DNA from: Phoronis australis
Lineage: Eukaryota; Animalia; Phoronida
Direction of reading: 5' to 3'
NCBI GenBank assembly: GCA_002633005.1
Contig: NMRA01000446.1
Coordinates: 177,156-241,155 of the forward strand
DNA length: 64,000 bases
Position numbers and translations under genes: made by a program. The notes under the pieces were generated by a model. That model was not told the origin of the DNA and did no database searches. It worked only from the letters and a program-made list of their open reading frames with translations. The number at the start of each line of letters is the position of its first letter. Position 1 is the first letter of the stretch. Shown here piece by piece: positions 37,746 through 50,066 of the stretch.

Positions 37746-39245
37746 AGCGGATTTGCAGCGACGCCATATTGAAATTAGGTTAAAATGGTGCATTGTGGGT
37801 GCTGTGGTCAGGATTCTGAAAACGGCCATAGTAACAAGCATAATACGCGGTATGAGCGCGAAGAAAACTTACGGCGGATACACTTGTTGTGTTCCTGGCT
37901 GCTTCAAAAACAACAAGAGAGATAAAAATCTGAGTTTTTATGTGTACCCAGCAAACCAAGAACTTCGTGAAAATGGATAAACAACATTAGGAGAGCTGGG
38001 AGTAAGGGGAAATTTAGCGCATTCAAACCAACGCGGGGCCATCTACGTGAGGCAACACGTAGCCCCTCGGTTGGCCATATAGGGGCTACAATACTTCCAT
38101 TCGCTTTCTGTATTCATTTTGTTACTTCAGTGTATTTTAAATGGGCCGTGACCGGATTTGGGTTACCGCCGATTTCGAGTTTTCACCTCGTCAAAAATAC
38201 AATCTACACTTAAAACTATCATTTAAGAAACGCTTACTTTCATCATTGGTCCTTTTTACTTCTATACATATCTTTGATAAAGCTTAGTTGTGAGAATTTA
38301 GTTGACTTTGGCGAAGAATTACAACTCCACTGTTTTGGTTGCCGTTAATTTTATCACCGCGTGCGCGATAACCACAAAGCGTGTCAACTGAATCCGTCCC
38401 GTGAGTTAGGCAAAGGTTAGCGCGAGACTGAGCGAAGCGCGTGACGCTAGCGCGCGACACTTGTAAAATAGCATAAGGTATCGGGTGAAACTTGTAAGAT
38501 GTGTGTCCCTTCGACTTTTTATTCGTCAACATGCGTTATTTCACGTAACTTCCTCAAAATGGCACCCGGTAACTGAGAGAAACTCGAGCAAACCGCGACA
38601 GATTTTCAGTCATCGATTTGTTTAAGTTTTGCTGACTAAATTGTATACAGAGTCGTGGTATGTGTTAATTATAACTCCGTGTTCCTATATGTATGGTTCA
38701 TTTGATTTTATTTGCTGTATTTTGAAATGAGTAACTTTTTGTGAGGATGTACTATCGCCCCTGAATGCCTGCGGCATCCAGTGCGATGTAATTGGCTAGG
38801 GGCCATCGTGTGTGCAGCGAACATTTTCCTGGTGAAAACAGACTTATGATAACAACATTCCGACGGAGTTTCCTCTTAAAATTAACGTCTCTAGCATATA
38901 CACGGCGAAAGCTACAAAAGTTATGCAACCCAAGAACACTCAAGTTGTCTGAAACCGGAGGAGATTTCGAAATCAACGCCGATAGCCCCAATACTGAACA
39001 TGACGACAGTCGTGCCCTCGGTCACTGATCATAGCTGCGCTGTGTTTACAAACTAAAGAGAGGACTTGCTTGGTATTATAAAGCAAAAAATGAAACATGG
39101 TTTTTAGTTTGCAAATCACTCCAAATATGCACACACTATCCAGCCTGCTCAAGACATGCCTGACCACAAGCTATCCCATGAGCCTTCGCGAAGGAAGTAA
39201 CTCGCACATGCGCAATGCGTAGTTCGTCTGCGCTGCAAATCCGCT
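37746..39245 (+). mobile_element. Non-autonomous THAP-bearing DNA transposon, copy 1 (ISL2EU/PHIS-like)
   Basis: TIRs AGCGGATTTGCAGCG / CGCTGCAAATCCGCT, flanked by AT on both sides. Encodes a decayed THAP domain (YTCCVPGC...W...GH|RVCSEHF...IPT). Near-identical to 42839-44341 but with unrelated flanks. Superfamily is inferred from the AT TSD plus THAP. Confidence 0.8.
38044..38798. mobile_element. ~755-bp nested non-autonomous element with 9-bp TSD inside the THAP domain (copy 1)
   Basis: Direct repeat GGGGCCATC at 38035-38043 and 38799-38807. Removing the insert and one repeat restores a continuous THAP domain. Confidence 0.8.
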
Positions 39246-40298
39246 ATTGAGTGTGTAAATCTTTGTGGGAAACCACTGTGCCTCTAAGTATTTTAACCAG
39301 GTTTATTGCATTGAAACACAAATGGTAATGGACTGTTTGTATGTAAGGTGGCCCAGTAGGGTGTAATTTGGCCAAGTCATGCAACATCAAAACTAACAGG
39401 ATATAACAATAACAATAATACCATTTCATGATAATCCTGACATGTGTTAATTAGTGAGCAGCATATGTGACATTTCATTTCAATTCTTAAATTTTATACA
39501 TGCTATTCCAGCCTCCAAAAGAATGAAATTTACTAATTTCCATTTGAAGTGTTAAGCGTTACACTGGTGTTACACCTGCTGCTGCACCCATACAACACCA
39601 GAGGTATGAAACAAAACCCCAGCTTTACAATACCACTGTGATTATTACAGCATTAAAGTTGAACTGACCCAATTGCTTAGCAGTGTTCAACTTTCACACA
39701 CCATCATGGCTTTCAGTTTCTCAGAATTGCTATTCTTATCAAATTTGAAGGTTCACAATACCCTGTTATAGATATTGAACAAGCCTTTCAAAAAAAAAAC
39801 ATAACATTCCCCTTCACATTGCGTTGTGACAGCTGACCAAATGTAAAGGCCTGTCAGGAAAAAAATGATGAAACACATCCTGGCATTAACATGACAGCTG
39901 ACCCCAAAGTATTCCACAAACAGGTTGAAGTGTGTGTCAGAGGTAGGAAAACATCAGCAAAGGTTTCAAAAGCATGTGGCAGGTAGAATCAACATGTTAA
40001 AACACAACGTTCCACACGTTAACGATAAAGGCGAAGGCAACCTTTTTCCATGTCATTTTGAGCTAAAATAAGGTTGGTTGGTTATCCTAGAAATATTTTC
40101 CACTTAATTACAGCTTTTCGTAATTTTATTAATTACTCGTCCGCTCTTCCGGAAGTGACGTTTTAGGAGGCAAGCATTTCGCGCCAATTTCTTTTCATAT
40201 AGTCTGACTGTGAGAGCTGCCGAGTCAGTCATTGTTCTACCTCAGTTGTGTTAAGTTCCGTCGTCGTTTGCTTTAAGTTCATTTATAAGTCAGTCAAT

Positions 40299-41306
40299 AT
40301 GCCACACTGTTGCTGCGTACCAGGATATACTAATTATCGGCTCACGCGTGCTTTGGGAGTACCTTTGCATCGCTTTCCGATGGATGACACACTTCGCCGT
40401 ACTTGGCTCGTTCGTGTGAAGAACGCAGCGTTACCCGTCCACGCAACGTACAAAGCAGTGGAGAATTACCGTGTGTGTGGCAAGCACTTTCTGCCGTCCG
40501 ATTACGAAAGGGATTTGTACGCTGAACTGATGAAGGTCCCCGCGAAACAACGCTTGAAGAAGGATGCCATTCCGTCTGTGTTGATTCCCGGCAGTGCCCC
40601 GTCGCCACCCCCGAGAAGTGCGTTTTTGAAGCGAGAAGCCTCGCGAGCTGTGGCCAGTACAGTGACTGGAGCCAGTGGAGGCACTTCATCTACTGTCACC
40701 CGTGCCTCCGAACGTACCCCAGAGCGTGCAATTCCTGGAACCAGTAGTGATTCGCCCTGTGCTGTTTTCTCCAGCCCAGAGCCTCTAAGCAGCCCTGCAG
40801 CGATATTGAGTAGTGGGAGTGATTACAGGCTCAGTTCGACACCCAGTGAAGAGGACAGTTCGTCGTCCAGTGAACAGATCGGTGAGCCAAACTTTGATAA
40901 GTTTATTGTGGACTTGTCTAAAGTGTTGGAGCTATTTAGAAGGTGCCAGGTGTGTGGCGAGGGAGTCACACGACACGATGTAAGCAGTTTGGGTGCTCAG
41001 GTTACCATCCAGTGGGAGTGTGTCGCGGGACACTCTGGCAAGTGGGACAGTTGTTCCTCTGTCCGTGGTATGCCGGAGGTCCACTTAACCATGTCCAGTA
41101 GTGGCTTGGCCTCGTCGAACTCTGAACAGCACAAGCATTCCATTGAGGTAGGCATAACAACGCACACAGTGCATTTGCACCAAGATGTGTCACCACGTCT
41201 GTCCTCAGTAGCCGCCTCGTTTCTCTCAACAGCTGCCTGTGCCTGTGCGTACTCTGCCTCGTTATACTCGGGCTCAAACATGTACCCACCCACTGAATGT
41301 CCGTGA
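40299..41306 (+). pseudogene. Truncated THAP-domain transposase of the Kolobok element
   Basis: MPHCCCVPGY...LHRFP...W...RVCGKHF...LKKDAIPSV is a THAP zinc finger (second Cys replaced by Tyr). It is followed by a Ser-rich linker and a CQVCG...ECVAGH...W zinc-ribbon motif. After ~41085 the frame runs through antisense KolX sequence. Confidence 0.8.
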
Positions 41307-41392
41307 AAAAATTCCTCGTCACCACTGCTGTGAACAAGGTCTCCGTCACTCACACTACTGTCACTGTGATACGGGTCACCGACTCCAGCCAT
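40997..41392 (-). pseudogene. Truncated KolX / P2X7 C-terminal ballast-like Cys-rich protein
   Basis: aaaATGG start, acidic N-terminus, YMFEPEY, then WCKCTVC...MPT..ECLCCSE. This motif is typical of the Kolobok second ORF and of P2X7-tail/nanor-like proteins. Similarity stops at ~41082. Confidence 0.78.
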
Positions 41393-41835
41393 TTTCAGCT
41401 TACAACACACTAAACAATCCCTAAATCCAATGTAGTTGAGTTCTCTACTAACCTATCTTGCCGCAGAACACTCGCCAATGGAAAATGGTGGCGACAATTG
41501 TTGAAAAACAGCACAAAACAAAAGTAGAATAGAACAGATTCGCACGGTAAAGTCAACGCAAAACCAAGTGGCGGGAAACGCTTGCCTCTTAAAACGTCAC
41601 TTCCGGAGTAGCGGACGAGTAATCTATAAAATTACGAAAAGCTGTAATTAAGTGGAAAATATGTCTAGGATAACCAACCAACCTTATTTTAGCTCAAAAT
41701 GACATGGAAAAAGGTTGTCTTCGCCTTTAACAGAGCTGCCAACCATGGTGTTCAACGCAAAAACGTGACTCATGTACCTGCAAACACCGTTCACTCAGAC
41801 TCACATACACGGAGGAGCAGAGGAGCGGAAGATCA

Positions 41836-41972
41836 GACTCACAAAACACAATCCATTCACCCAAAATACACGGTCAGGGACTCACAAAACACAATCCATT
41901 CACCCAAAATACACGGTCAGGGACTCACAAAACACAATCCATTCACCCAAAATACACGGTCAGGGACTCACA
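41836..41972. repeat. 43-bp tandem repeat x3
   Basis: gactcacaaaacacaatccattcacccaaaatacacggtcagg. Confidence 0.92.
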
Positions 41973-42838
41973 ATAGCGTAATAAAGGACTGCCAAACACA
42001 GTTTAAAGATAAAATCTAGAAGTCGGCTTCGACAGCTTTGTAATGGATGCAAGATTAAAAATAATTTAGATCACATGTTTGTCTGTAATGCGATGTAATT
42101 GGTGTGAATAAAAAAACAGTGAACATTATTTAAACTGCTTATTTGTTCTGTTGATGTTAATGTTTGTGACCTCTTTACTATTAAGTTGATGAGCAGTAAA
42201 AAAGAACATTTGAAATGGATTTTACCATGACTTGAAAAGTTTGTCTCCAGCGAAATTTAGCCCAAATTGTATTTTTGTACTAAAACCAAGTTTTTGTAGG
42301 CCAAGGCGTTGCCAAATAAATGAAGGTTGCAAAATAATAATCACTATTTCACGCTGGCTACTTACCCGGGAAGACGATGAATCTTTGCCCGTGTGTTCGG
42401 CATGCTTTATAGGAGTGAACCGTTTGGCGGTCAGTGTACCATGTTTCTACGTGAATTCGAGTCCGTGACCGTGTGTTTTGGATGAATGGATCATGTTTTG
42501 TGAATGCAATCCCACGTGTGCGAATCTGTGAACGGTATTTGTAGGCACGTGAGTTGTGTTTTTGAGTCCGACACAGTGTTCAACAGCCCGTTAACCGTGT
42601 AATTTAGCTACCTTAAAAAAGGCCATAGAGGACACTGAACCCTGTCTTATTAAATGTCCATGCGAACATATTTAGACTAAAGGTAATTAAAGAGTTCTCA
42701 CCGTGCATTGTCTCAGTTTTTGTGGTTTCAGTAATATGAAATGACTACCATAACATCTAACTAAATAAGCAATTCCGAATTTTCTATTGTTATGAACACT
42801 GGGTACTGTTTCATACTTGCAAGCTTCTACTTTACAAT

Positions 42839-44341
42839 AGCAGATTTGCAGCGACGCCATATTGAAATTAGGTTAAAATGGTGCATTGTGGGTGCTGTGG
42901 TCAGGATTCCGAAAGCGGCCATAGTAACAAGCATAATACGCGGTATGAACGCGAAGAAAACTTACGGCGGATACACTTGTTGTGTTCCTGGCTGCTTCAA
43001 AAACAACAAGAGAGATAAAAATCTGAGTTTGTATGTGTTCCCTGCAAACCAAGAACTTCGTGAAAAATGGATAAACAACATTAGGAGACCTGGGAGTAAG
43101 GGGAAATTTAGCGCATTCAAACGAACGCGGGGCCATCTAGTAGGCAACACGTAGCCCCTCGGTTGGCCATGTAGGGGCTACAATACTTCCATTCGCTTTC
43201 TGTACTCATTTCGTTACTCCAGTGTATTTTAAACGGGCCGTGACCGGATTTGGGTTACCGATTTCGAGTTTTCACCTCGTCAAAAATACACTCTACACTT
43301 AAAACTATCATTTAAAAAACGCTTACTTTCATCATTGGTCCTTTCTACTTCTATACATATCTTTAATGAAGCTTAGTTGTGAGAATTAAGTTGACTTTGG
43401 CGAAGAATTACAACTCCACTTTTTTGGTTGCCGTTAATTTTATCACCGCGTGCGCGATAACTACAAAGCATGTCAACTGAATCCCGTGAGTTAGGCGCAA
43501 GGTTAGACTGAGCGAAGCGCGTGACGCTAGCGCGCGACACTTGTAAAATAGCATGAGAAGGTATCGGGTGAAACTTGTAAGATGTGTGTTCCTTGGACTT
43601 TTTATTCGTCAACATGCGTAATTTCACGTAACTTCCTCAAAATGGCACCCGGTAACCGTGACTGAGAGAAACTCGAACAAACCGCAACAGATTTTCATCG
43701 ATTCGTTCAAGTTTTGCTGACTAAATTGTATCCAGAGTCGTGGTATGTGTTAATTATAACTCCGTGTTCCTATATGTATGCCGGGTTCATTTGATTTTAT
43801 TTGCTGTATTTTGAAATGAGTAACTTTTTGTGAGGATGTACTATCGCCCCTGAATGCCTGCGGCATCCAGTGCGATGTAATTGCCTAGGGGCCATCGTGT
43901 GCGCAGCGAACATTTTCCTGGTGGAAAAAAGACTTATGAGAACAACATTCCGACGGAGTTTTCACTTAAAATTAACGTCTCTAGCATATCCACGACGAAA
44001 GCTACAAAAGTTAAGCAACCCAAGAACTCTCAACTTGTCTGAAATAGGAGGAGATTTCGAAATCAACGCCGATAACCCCAATACTGAACACGGCGACAGT
44101 CGTGCTCTCGGTCACACGGTCACTGATCATAGCTACGCTGTGTTTACAAACGAGAGAGAGGACTTGCTTGGTATTATAAAGCAAAAAATGAAACATGGTT
44201 TTTAGTTTGCAAATCACTCCAAATGCACACACTATCCAGCCTGCTCAAGACATGCCTGACCACAAGCTATCCCATGAGCCTTCGCGAAGGAAGTAACTCG
44301 CACATGCGCAATGCGTAGTTCGTCTGCGCTGCAAATCCGCT
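42839..44341 (+). mobile_element. Non-autonomous THAP-bearing DNA transposon, copy 2
   Basis: Same TIRs (one mismatch in the left TIR) and AT flanks. THAP starts at ATG 42945 ([33 protein letters not shown]...KWINNIRR) and resumes after the insertion as GHRVRSEHFPGGKKTYENNIPT. DHSY motif near 44125. Confidence 0.8.
43138..43887. mobile_element. ~750-bp nested non-autonomous element with 9-bp TSD inside the THAP domain (copy 2)
   Basis: GGGGCCATC at 43129-43137 and 43888-43896. TAG...CTA termini with short inverted TAGGCAA/TTGCCTA. Confidence 0.8.
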
Positions 44342-47300
44342 ATTGCTGCAAAAGGCTTAGCCAAGTAAACAGCAAGAGCGTATCACAGTCTAGAAATATT
44401 TTACGGGAATTTTCTCAGTAACTAGCAGTTATAAGCATTTTCTCAGAGTCTTTGCACTCTTTCTCTAATGAGATTTAATTATTTTTCAAAAATAGTTGTG
44501 TAGAGCTTCAGTAAGATCTCAGTCTTAAGTCACTTCTCATGAAACAGACCGCTGGGGTTTCACTGCACTTTTACATCCTGGTGGCTACAAGGAATAGTTG
44601 ACACACCAAAGGATTATCGATCTCAATCTCCTTGCATAACAATTTGCTATTTAACTTGAGCAATGACAGTAGGTACACTGTAATTAAACAAACTGCATAA
44701 GGGATTCATCGAAACAGATACAATTAGTGCTTTAAATTATGCGAATGCTACTCACAGCAGAAATGATCTGTGACACAACAAAATGGCAGACAACCAAATT
44801 TTGTAACTTGCCCTAGCACAAATTGAGTAACTTTTTGCAAACATAAATGTTGTAACTTCATGCTAGCAGAAATGGTTTAACTCTTCCCACAATTTTTTTA
44901 ACAGAAATAATGTAACTTTCTCCCCAAAACAGCAGAAAAATACCAAACTAGCAGGTGTCACAGTCAGATTTTCCCTTAAGGCATCAAAGTCATGTGTAGT
45001 GGATAGGCTATCAACACAGTAGAGAAATGAAAGACAGTCTGTGGGCTGTGGTCACTTGCTAAGACTACAGTAAAATGTAGTCTCACAATTCCAACTGCTC
45101 TAAAATGTTCCAACTCCAATCAGAATTCACCAAACCTGTTTTCGAAAGTTGATCTTTCAATGAAAACGTTTTGACAAATTAACATCTACCAAATATTTTT
45201 GGTTTCAGTTTGTTTTAATTACCACTGAATCTTACACGGAGTTCCACATTTTCATAAAATTCAAATTTGCTTCTCAACATAAATTGAAAGAAATTATTAC
45301 CACCAGACTGTGCTTGGGGCTTATTCATAGGTTAACTGAATTCATAAAACAAATAGGATTTATACTGCAGTGACTCCATCTGGTCCTCCAAACAGAAATT
45401 AGCTAATACCCAAACCTACTGATGGCTACTGGATACAACACATGCACATACAGTGACCTAGGCAGGCCAACGTCCATCCTGAGCCACAACAAAGTCAACA
45501 TAATTAAGGACTCAATTGTTCAAAAACACAAAACTGACATTCTAATCTTGGTAAAAAACACTGGAGACCAGAATCTTAGTTCAGGAATTGGTCTTAACCA
45601 AAAGTCACAGACGGAATATCGCTGAGAATGGTGCCTTGCATCTCACTATTGTCACTAGAGAGTGAACCATGTCACATTGGCAGGAGTCCACCACCATGTT
45701 GGCAGACCCTGTTTGTGCAAGGGAAATCCAAATTGTCTGTGAGCAGTATACAAACAGGTTTTTAATTAACAGCAGTCACAGAGCCTTCTGATCAGAAAGA
45801 CCACAGCAGGCCATGGCCAATACAGTACATGCCAAAAATAATTCGCAAAAGTTGTTTGGTGTCCTTGTGTGGGGTAAGACTTGTTGTCATGAGTCATCGA
45901 TCTAGTCACTGGTGATGATGAATTGCCTTTTCAGTCAAACGTCATGATGTAGAAATTCTGCTCGGTACTCATGACTGGGAATACTACAATGATTTTCATC
46001 CAGTTATTTTGGCGTGCCCTGTAACTGTTATGGGGTTTTGCCACATTTTTCAGAGTCAGTTAGACCAAATTTTTGAAAACTAAGGTATGAGGAATTATTA
46101 CGAATTTGAGACAAAAATAATTACCATAATCGTTAATTTTTATTTTTTAAAAGCTTTTAACATCGTCCAGAATGCCCACAATTTCTCAGAATCATTCTGA
46201 AGTTAAGTGGCTGTGGTAATAAATTTTAAAAAATGATAAGGCATTTGAAATAAAAATTCATTTGTCGGCCATATTGTGTCCCAAACTGGTGAGATATTAT
46301 CATACTAGGAGAGTGGAAATAGATCAACACAAATCTGGTTTTAATGCCTTCGAACCACTTGATGTAGAGTCTGAATTTTTGTGAAAAAATCACCTCAAAT
46401 ACTTAAATATCACAACGTATATAATTAAAAAATTAAGCTTGGTTGACATGCACTGCACAAATAGCAGGTAGTGATCTCTTTTCTAACTCAACGATTCTTT
46501 TCTTTTTTAAATCGCATGAACCTGATTTCTTTCTGATAGTTTAAAGACTTAAGCTGTTTTACAGAACTCCACTTTAGTTGCATTTATATGACTTAAGATT
46601 GCAAACTGGATCAGCATGAGTCACTTAAACAAAGACTATATGCGTATGCTCACAAAAGCAATATCGAACGAACGTTCAAACCATGTGGAATGCCAGTGGA
46701 TGTATAAACAATAATGGAGAATGCATTGAAAGTTGATCCCTTTCCGCACAGCCCCAGTAGTGTTTAGATGTGTAGTTGACGCTGGTCAGCAACTGATCGA
46801 GTGCAACTTGCTCTACCTCTCAAACTAGTGTCAAAAATGGCTGCCTCGGCGTCAACCTTTTCCGCATTCGTTGTGTTTACACACCACTAGTGCCCAATCA
46901 GCTGTTCCAGATAGTTGCTGCGGACAGTTGTCTCCCATCTAAATGTGGCTAGTAACACAATGGCAAATAACTTTTCACGAGACAATGAGCCCTGGAGTGA
47001 CAAAATCAAAAACAAAAGTTCATTACCTAAAGTACCACCTGGTAACCTACCAACGCACAATAAGATGTGTATGGAAGATGACATTACCTGACACATTCAT
47101 TACCGGTAATTATAATACGGATACAGTGTCACGTAAAAGGATGTTGGATATTAAGGAACACTCACCATAATTACATTTTTTGCAACTTGAAGCCTTCATC
47201 CAAATGGACACTAAGGAATAGACACTCCACCTACTTCAGTAAAAAATCCTCCAATTTTCAAGAGTGGAAAATTGATTATTTTGCTCAAGGTTGAAGCTTG

Positions 47301-49867
47301 CTTCAAATTCCAGAAATAGAAAATATTGGCAATCCCATATTCAAGAGTCACTGGAAAGATGGCAAAATTACAAACTCTGTAGACTGAAAACATTTCCAAA
47401 ATTTGAGAAATACAGTGAACGCCAAAACCACCCTTGTCCCTAATTCCAGAATCAAGAAAATTCATCTGTTTACAAGAGTTTCCATGTCCCAAATTCCAGA
47501 ATCAAAAAAATTAAATTTTTGCGAGACTTTCGGTGTCCCAAATTCTAAAAACTGTCCCAACTTGGAGAGCTTTTACAGCATTCCCAGTTCAACCTTTGGA
47601 AAACCAAAAACAGTACAGAAAGTAATCTCAGAGGTCAGTTTCATCAAAGACTTACAACTGAACTTTGACCCCCACTTCACAACTGAACTTTGACCCCCAC
47701 TTCAGTCACAACTGCAGAACAATGATTTGTCCACGTAATCATGAGCGCATCACAGTCCAGAAATAATTTACAGAAATTTCCTCAGTACCCTAGGAAAATG
47801 GTGGTCAATGAAGCGAATGGCCCATGACTTTGGAATGTTAAATTCTGGGATGGAATTCATCTGTGTGTGAAGACGTCTTGCCGCAAACGCAAGGGTTGTG
47901 CGTCAACAGAATGCAGCCCTGTTGAGGTCAACACAGACATTATGCGGAATGTCTGCCTTAAAATTTTTGAAAATAACACCATAAAATGTGCACATGTAGA
48001 TATTTTGCCTTCTGAAACACCTGGTACTACATGGCAGCTTAAGCAAGGGCAGAGCTGATGTACATGATAATAATAACAATCAATCAGCCATAGAATACAT
48101 TCAACAAATCTAGGATTACCAAGAGATTTTGCCATTTGTAAACCACAGATAAACGACATTTGAAAACACCTGCCTGGATGAGTGCTTAGATTTTGTGGCA
48201 ACACGATGCATCAGTAGCTAAACGGTACCTTTATCTTTACTTTGAGTGTAGTAAATTAAACCTGCTAAGTGACCAACAAGGTTTTAGATAAGAAGCCCAC
48301 AGGAAAACAACATATGGTCAGCTGTACAGGTAAAGCAGTAACTCCCCTCTCGTCCAAGGTACCACCCAGGGCAGCAGCAATATCAAGACTTTTGTTCTGA
48401 TCAGCTACAAGCAAAGGATGAATGATTTGGGAGACACAGACGTGAGTGCAAACACAACAATAAGTGCTCCGCAATAACCACTGATTACATATTGCTTTTT
48501 AACCCCCGACAGCATTCTACATCATCGTAACCAGGGGGCATTATCTACTCATCCATCAAATCCGATTTAAAACTCTTGGGACAAAACAAGACTTCCGACT
48601 GGACTCTAAGGCAAAATCTCTCCATTTTGGGACACAATATGACCAACAATGGAATTTTGTTTCATCATTTTTTCCATGCAACATATGTAGCACCAAATTA
48701 AATATTTTTACAAGTTAAAAATTTGTTCCAGTCGGCTACCACCACGAGACAATTTTTTGAAAAATTGTAGGTATTCACAATTGAAAAATGAAAAAGGGTA
48801 ATTTTGGCAGTGATTTTTGTCGGACATTGGAGAGAATCTAAATTACAAACGGAGACGTATCCTCAACTCTCCACAAGTAACATGCCATACAGAATCCTAA
48901 AGTGTGGGAATTTGACTAGAATTCCATCCATATGTTACTGGGTGACAGGAATTGAACCCTTGGTGAAGGGTAGTGTTGAACCACTGAGACAACATCTAAC
49001 CTAATTATCTCAAGTAGCCAACCCAGCACTAAACTTGACTCTCAACTCACCATGGCTGGATCCACATGAAGCTGGTTTCCCAAAAATCAGAGGATGCTGT
49101 TCTGACTGCACCCGCCTGCAAATGGCACAGACCATATGCCATGTGTGTGTTGAACAGATCTGACCACAATGACATCTGTTGATGGGAAGAATAATAACAA
49201 CAGGAAACAGCCCAGAGAAGGCTGCTATTGTGGAACAGGCACCATTGTGAAGCACTGTGGTCTGAACAGGGAGGCCTAACCACAGCCTAAAGGACTAGAC
49301 AAACTGACTGCAAGGCAAACTTGAACTCAGTTTTCTCCAAAATTTGGAGATGTAAGATGCATCCTTTCACTGAAGAATGCAGGTGCAAGTAGAGAAAAAT
49401 AAATGACCCAAACTTCCAACTTGTAGTTGCAATAAAATTTCCTCAAATGCGAACTGTTTTGTGACACCTATACAGTACAAAATGGACCAAAAATACCCTA
49501 ATTGAACCTTGGTCTACCACCTGACTCATTTTTAAACCTATGCTTCACTGTGTAAAGAAAAAAAGAAGTCTCCTGGCCCATATTAGCAGACATCAGGTGA
49601 CATTTTTTTTTTTTTTTTGAAGCAATGGACACCAACAGAGGGGCTGTCCTATCACCACATCAAATTCTGAAATAACACCAACCAGAACAAATAACGCTAT
49701 TTCCTTTGGCCTAAAATTTCCTATTCTCAAATGTAAACATCAATTATTAAAAATGCCCTGATATTGCCAATTCCGTTGACAAGTACACAGTGTTTGTTCT
49801 GTAAGACCAGACCATAGTGGGGCACGTTCCTCGTGAGATCAACAAAACTTTTACGTTCATTTTGAAG

Positions 49868-50066
49868 CAGGGTGGAAGATTGTAGTGTATAGCAGGGTGG
49901 AAGATTGTAGTGTATAGCAAATACCAACAGGGTGGAAGATTGTAGTGTATAGCAAATACCAACAGGGTGGAAGATTGTAGTGTATAGCAAATACCAACAG
50001 GGTGGAAGATTGTAGTGTATAGCAAATACCAACAGGGTGGAAGATTGTAGTGTATAGCAAATACCG
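49868..50066. repeat. 35-bp tandem repeat, ~5.5 copies, inside a transposon remnant
   Basis: cagggtggaagattgtagtgtatagcaaataccaa. Confidence 0.92.

Larger units (their letters stand above)
40029..41726. mobile_element. Internally deleted Kolobok-type DNA transposon (~1.7 kb)
   Basis: ~157-bp near-perfect TIRs (40029-40186 and 41569-41726) with AGG...CCT termini. Flanks ATAA (left) and TTAA (right). Two convergent ORFs (THAP transposase N-terminus and a Cys-rich KolX-like protein), the established Kolobok layout. No DDE domain remains. Confidence 0.85.

Noticed and set aside
40248-41306. 352-aa ORF as a host THAP transcription-factor gene
   Set aside because: It lies between long TIRs, its C-terminus is antisense KolX sequence, and a zinc-ligand Cys is lost. 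It is a transposon derivative, with the real start at ATG 40299.
41731-42592. Old hAT-like element starting CAGAGCTGCCAAC next to the Kolobok
   Set aside because: The right terminus is too degenerate and no TSD is visible.
43138-43887. Nested 750-bp insertion acting as a spliceable intron (introner)
   Set aside because: A GT lies near the left end and an AG at the right end, but the obvious pairs (CTA|gtagg...cctag|GGGCC in copy 2; CTAC|gtgag in copy 1) do not restore the THAP frame.
47830-48058. Cys-rich ORF (CVKTSCRKRKGCASTECS) as an exon or CXC-domain remnant
   Set aside because: Short, no convincing splice sites and no recognisable continuation. It may be TE debris but cannot be supported.
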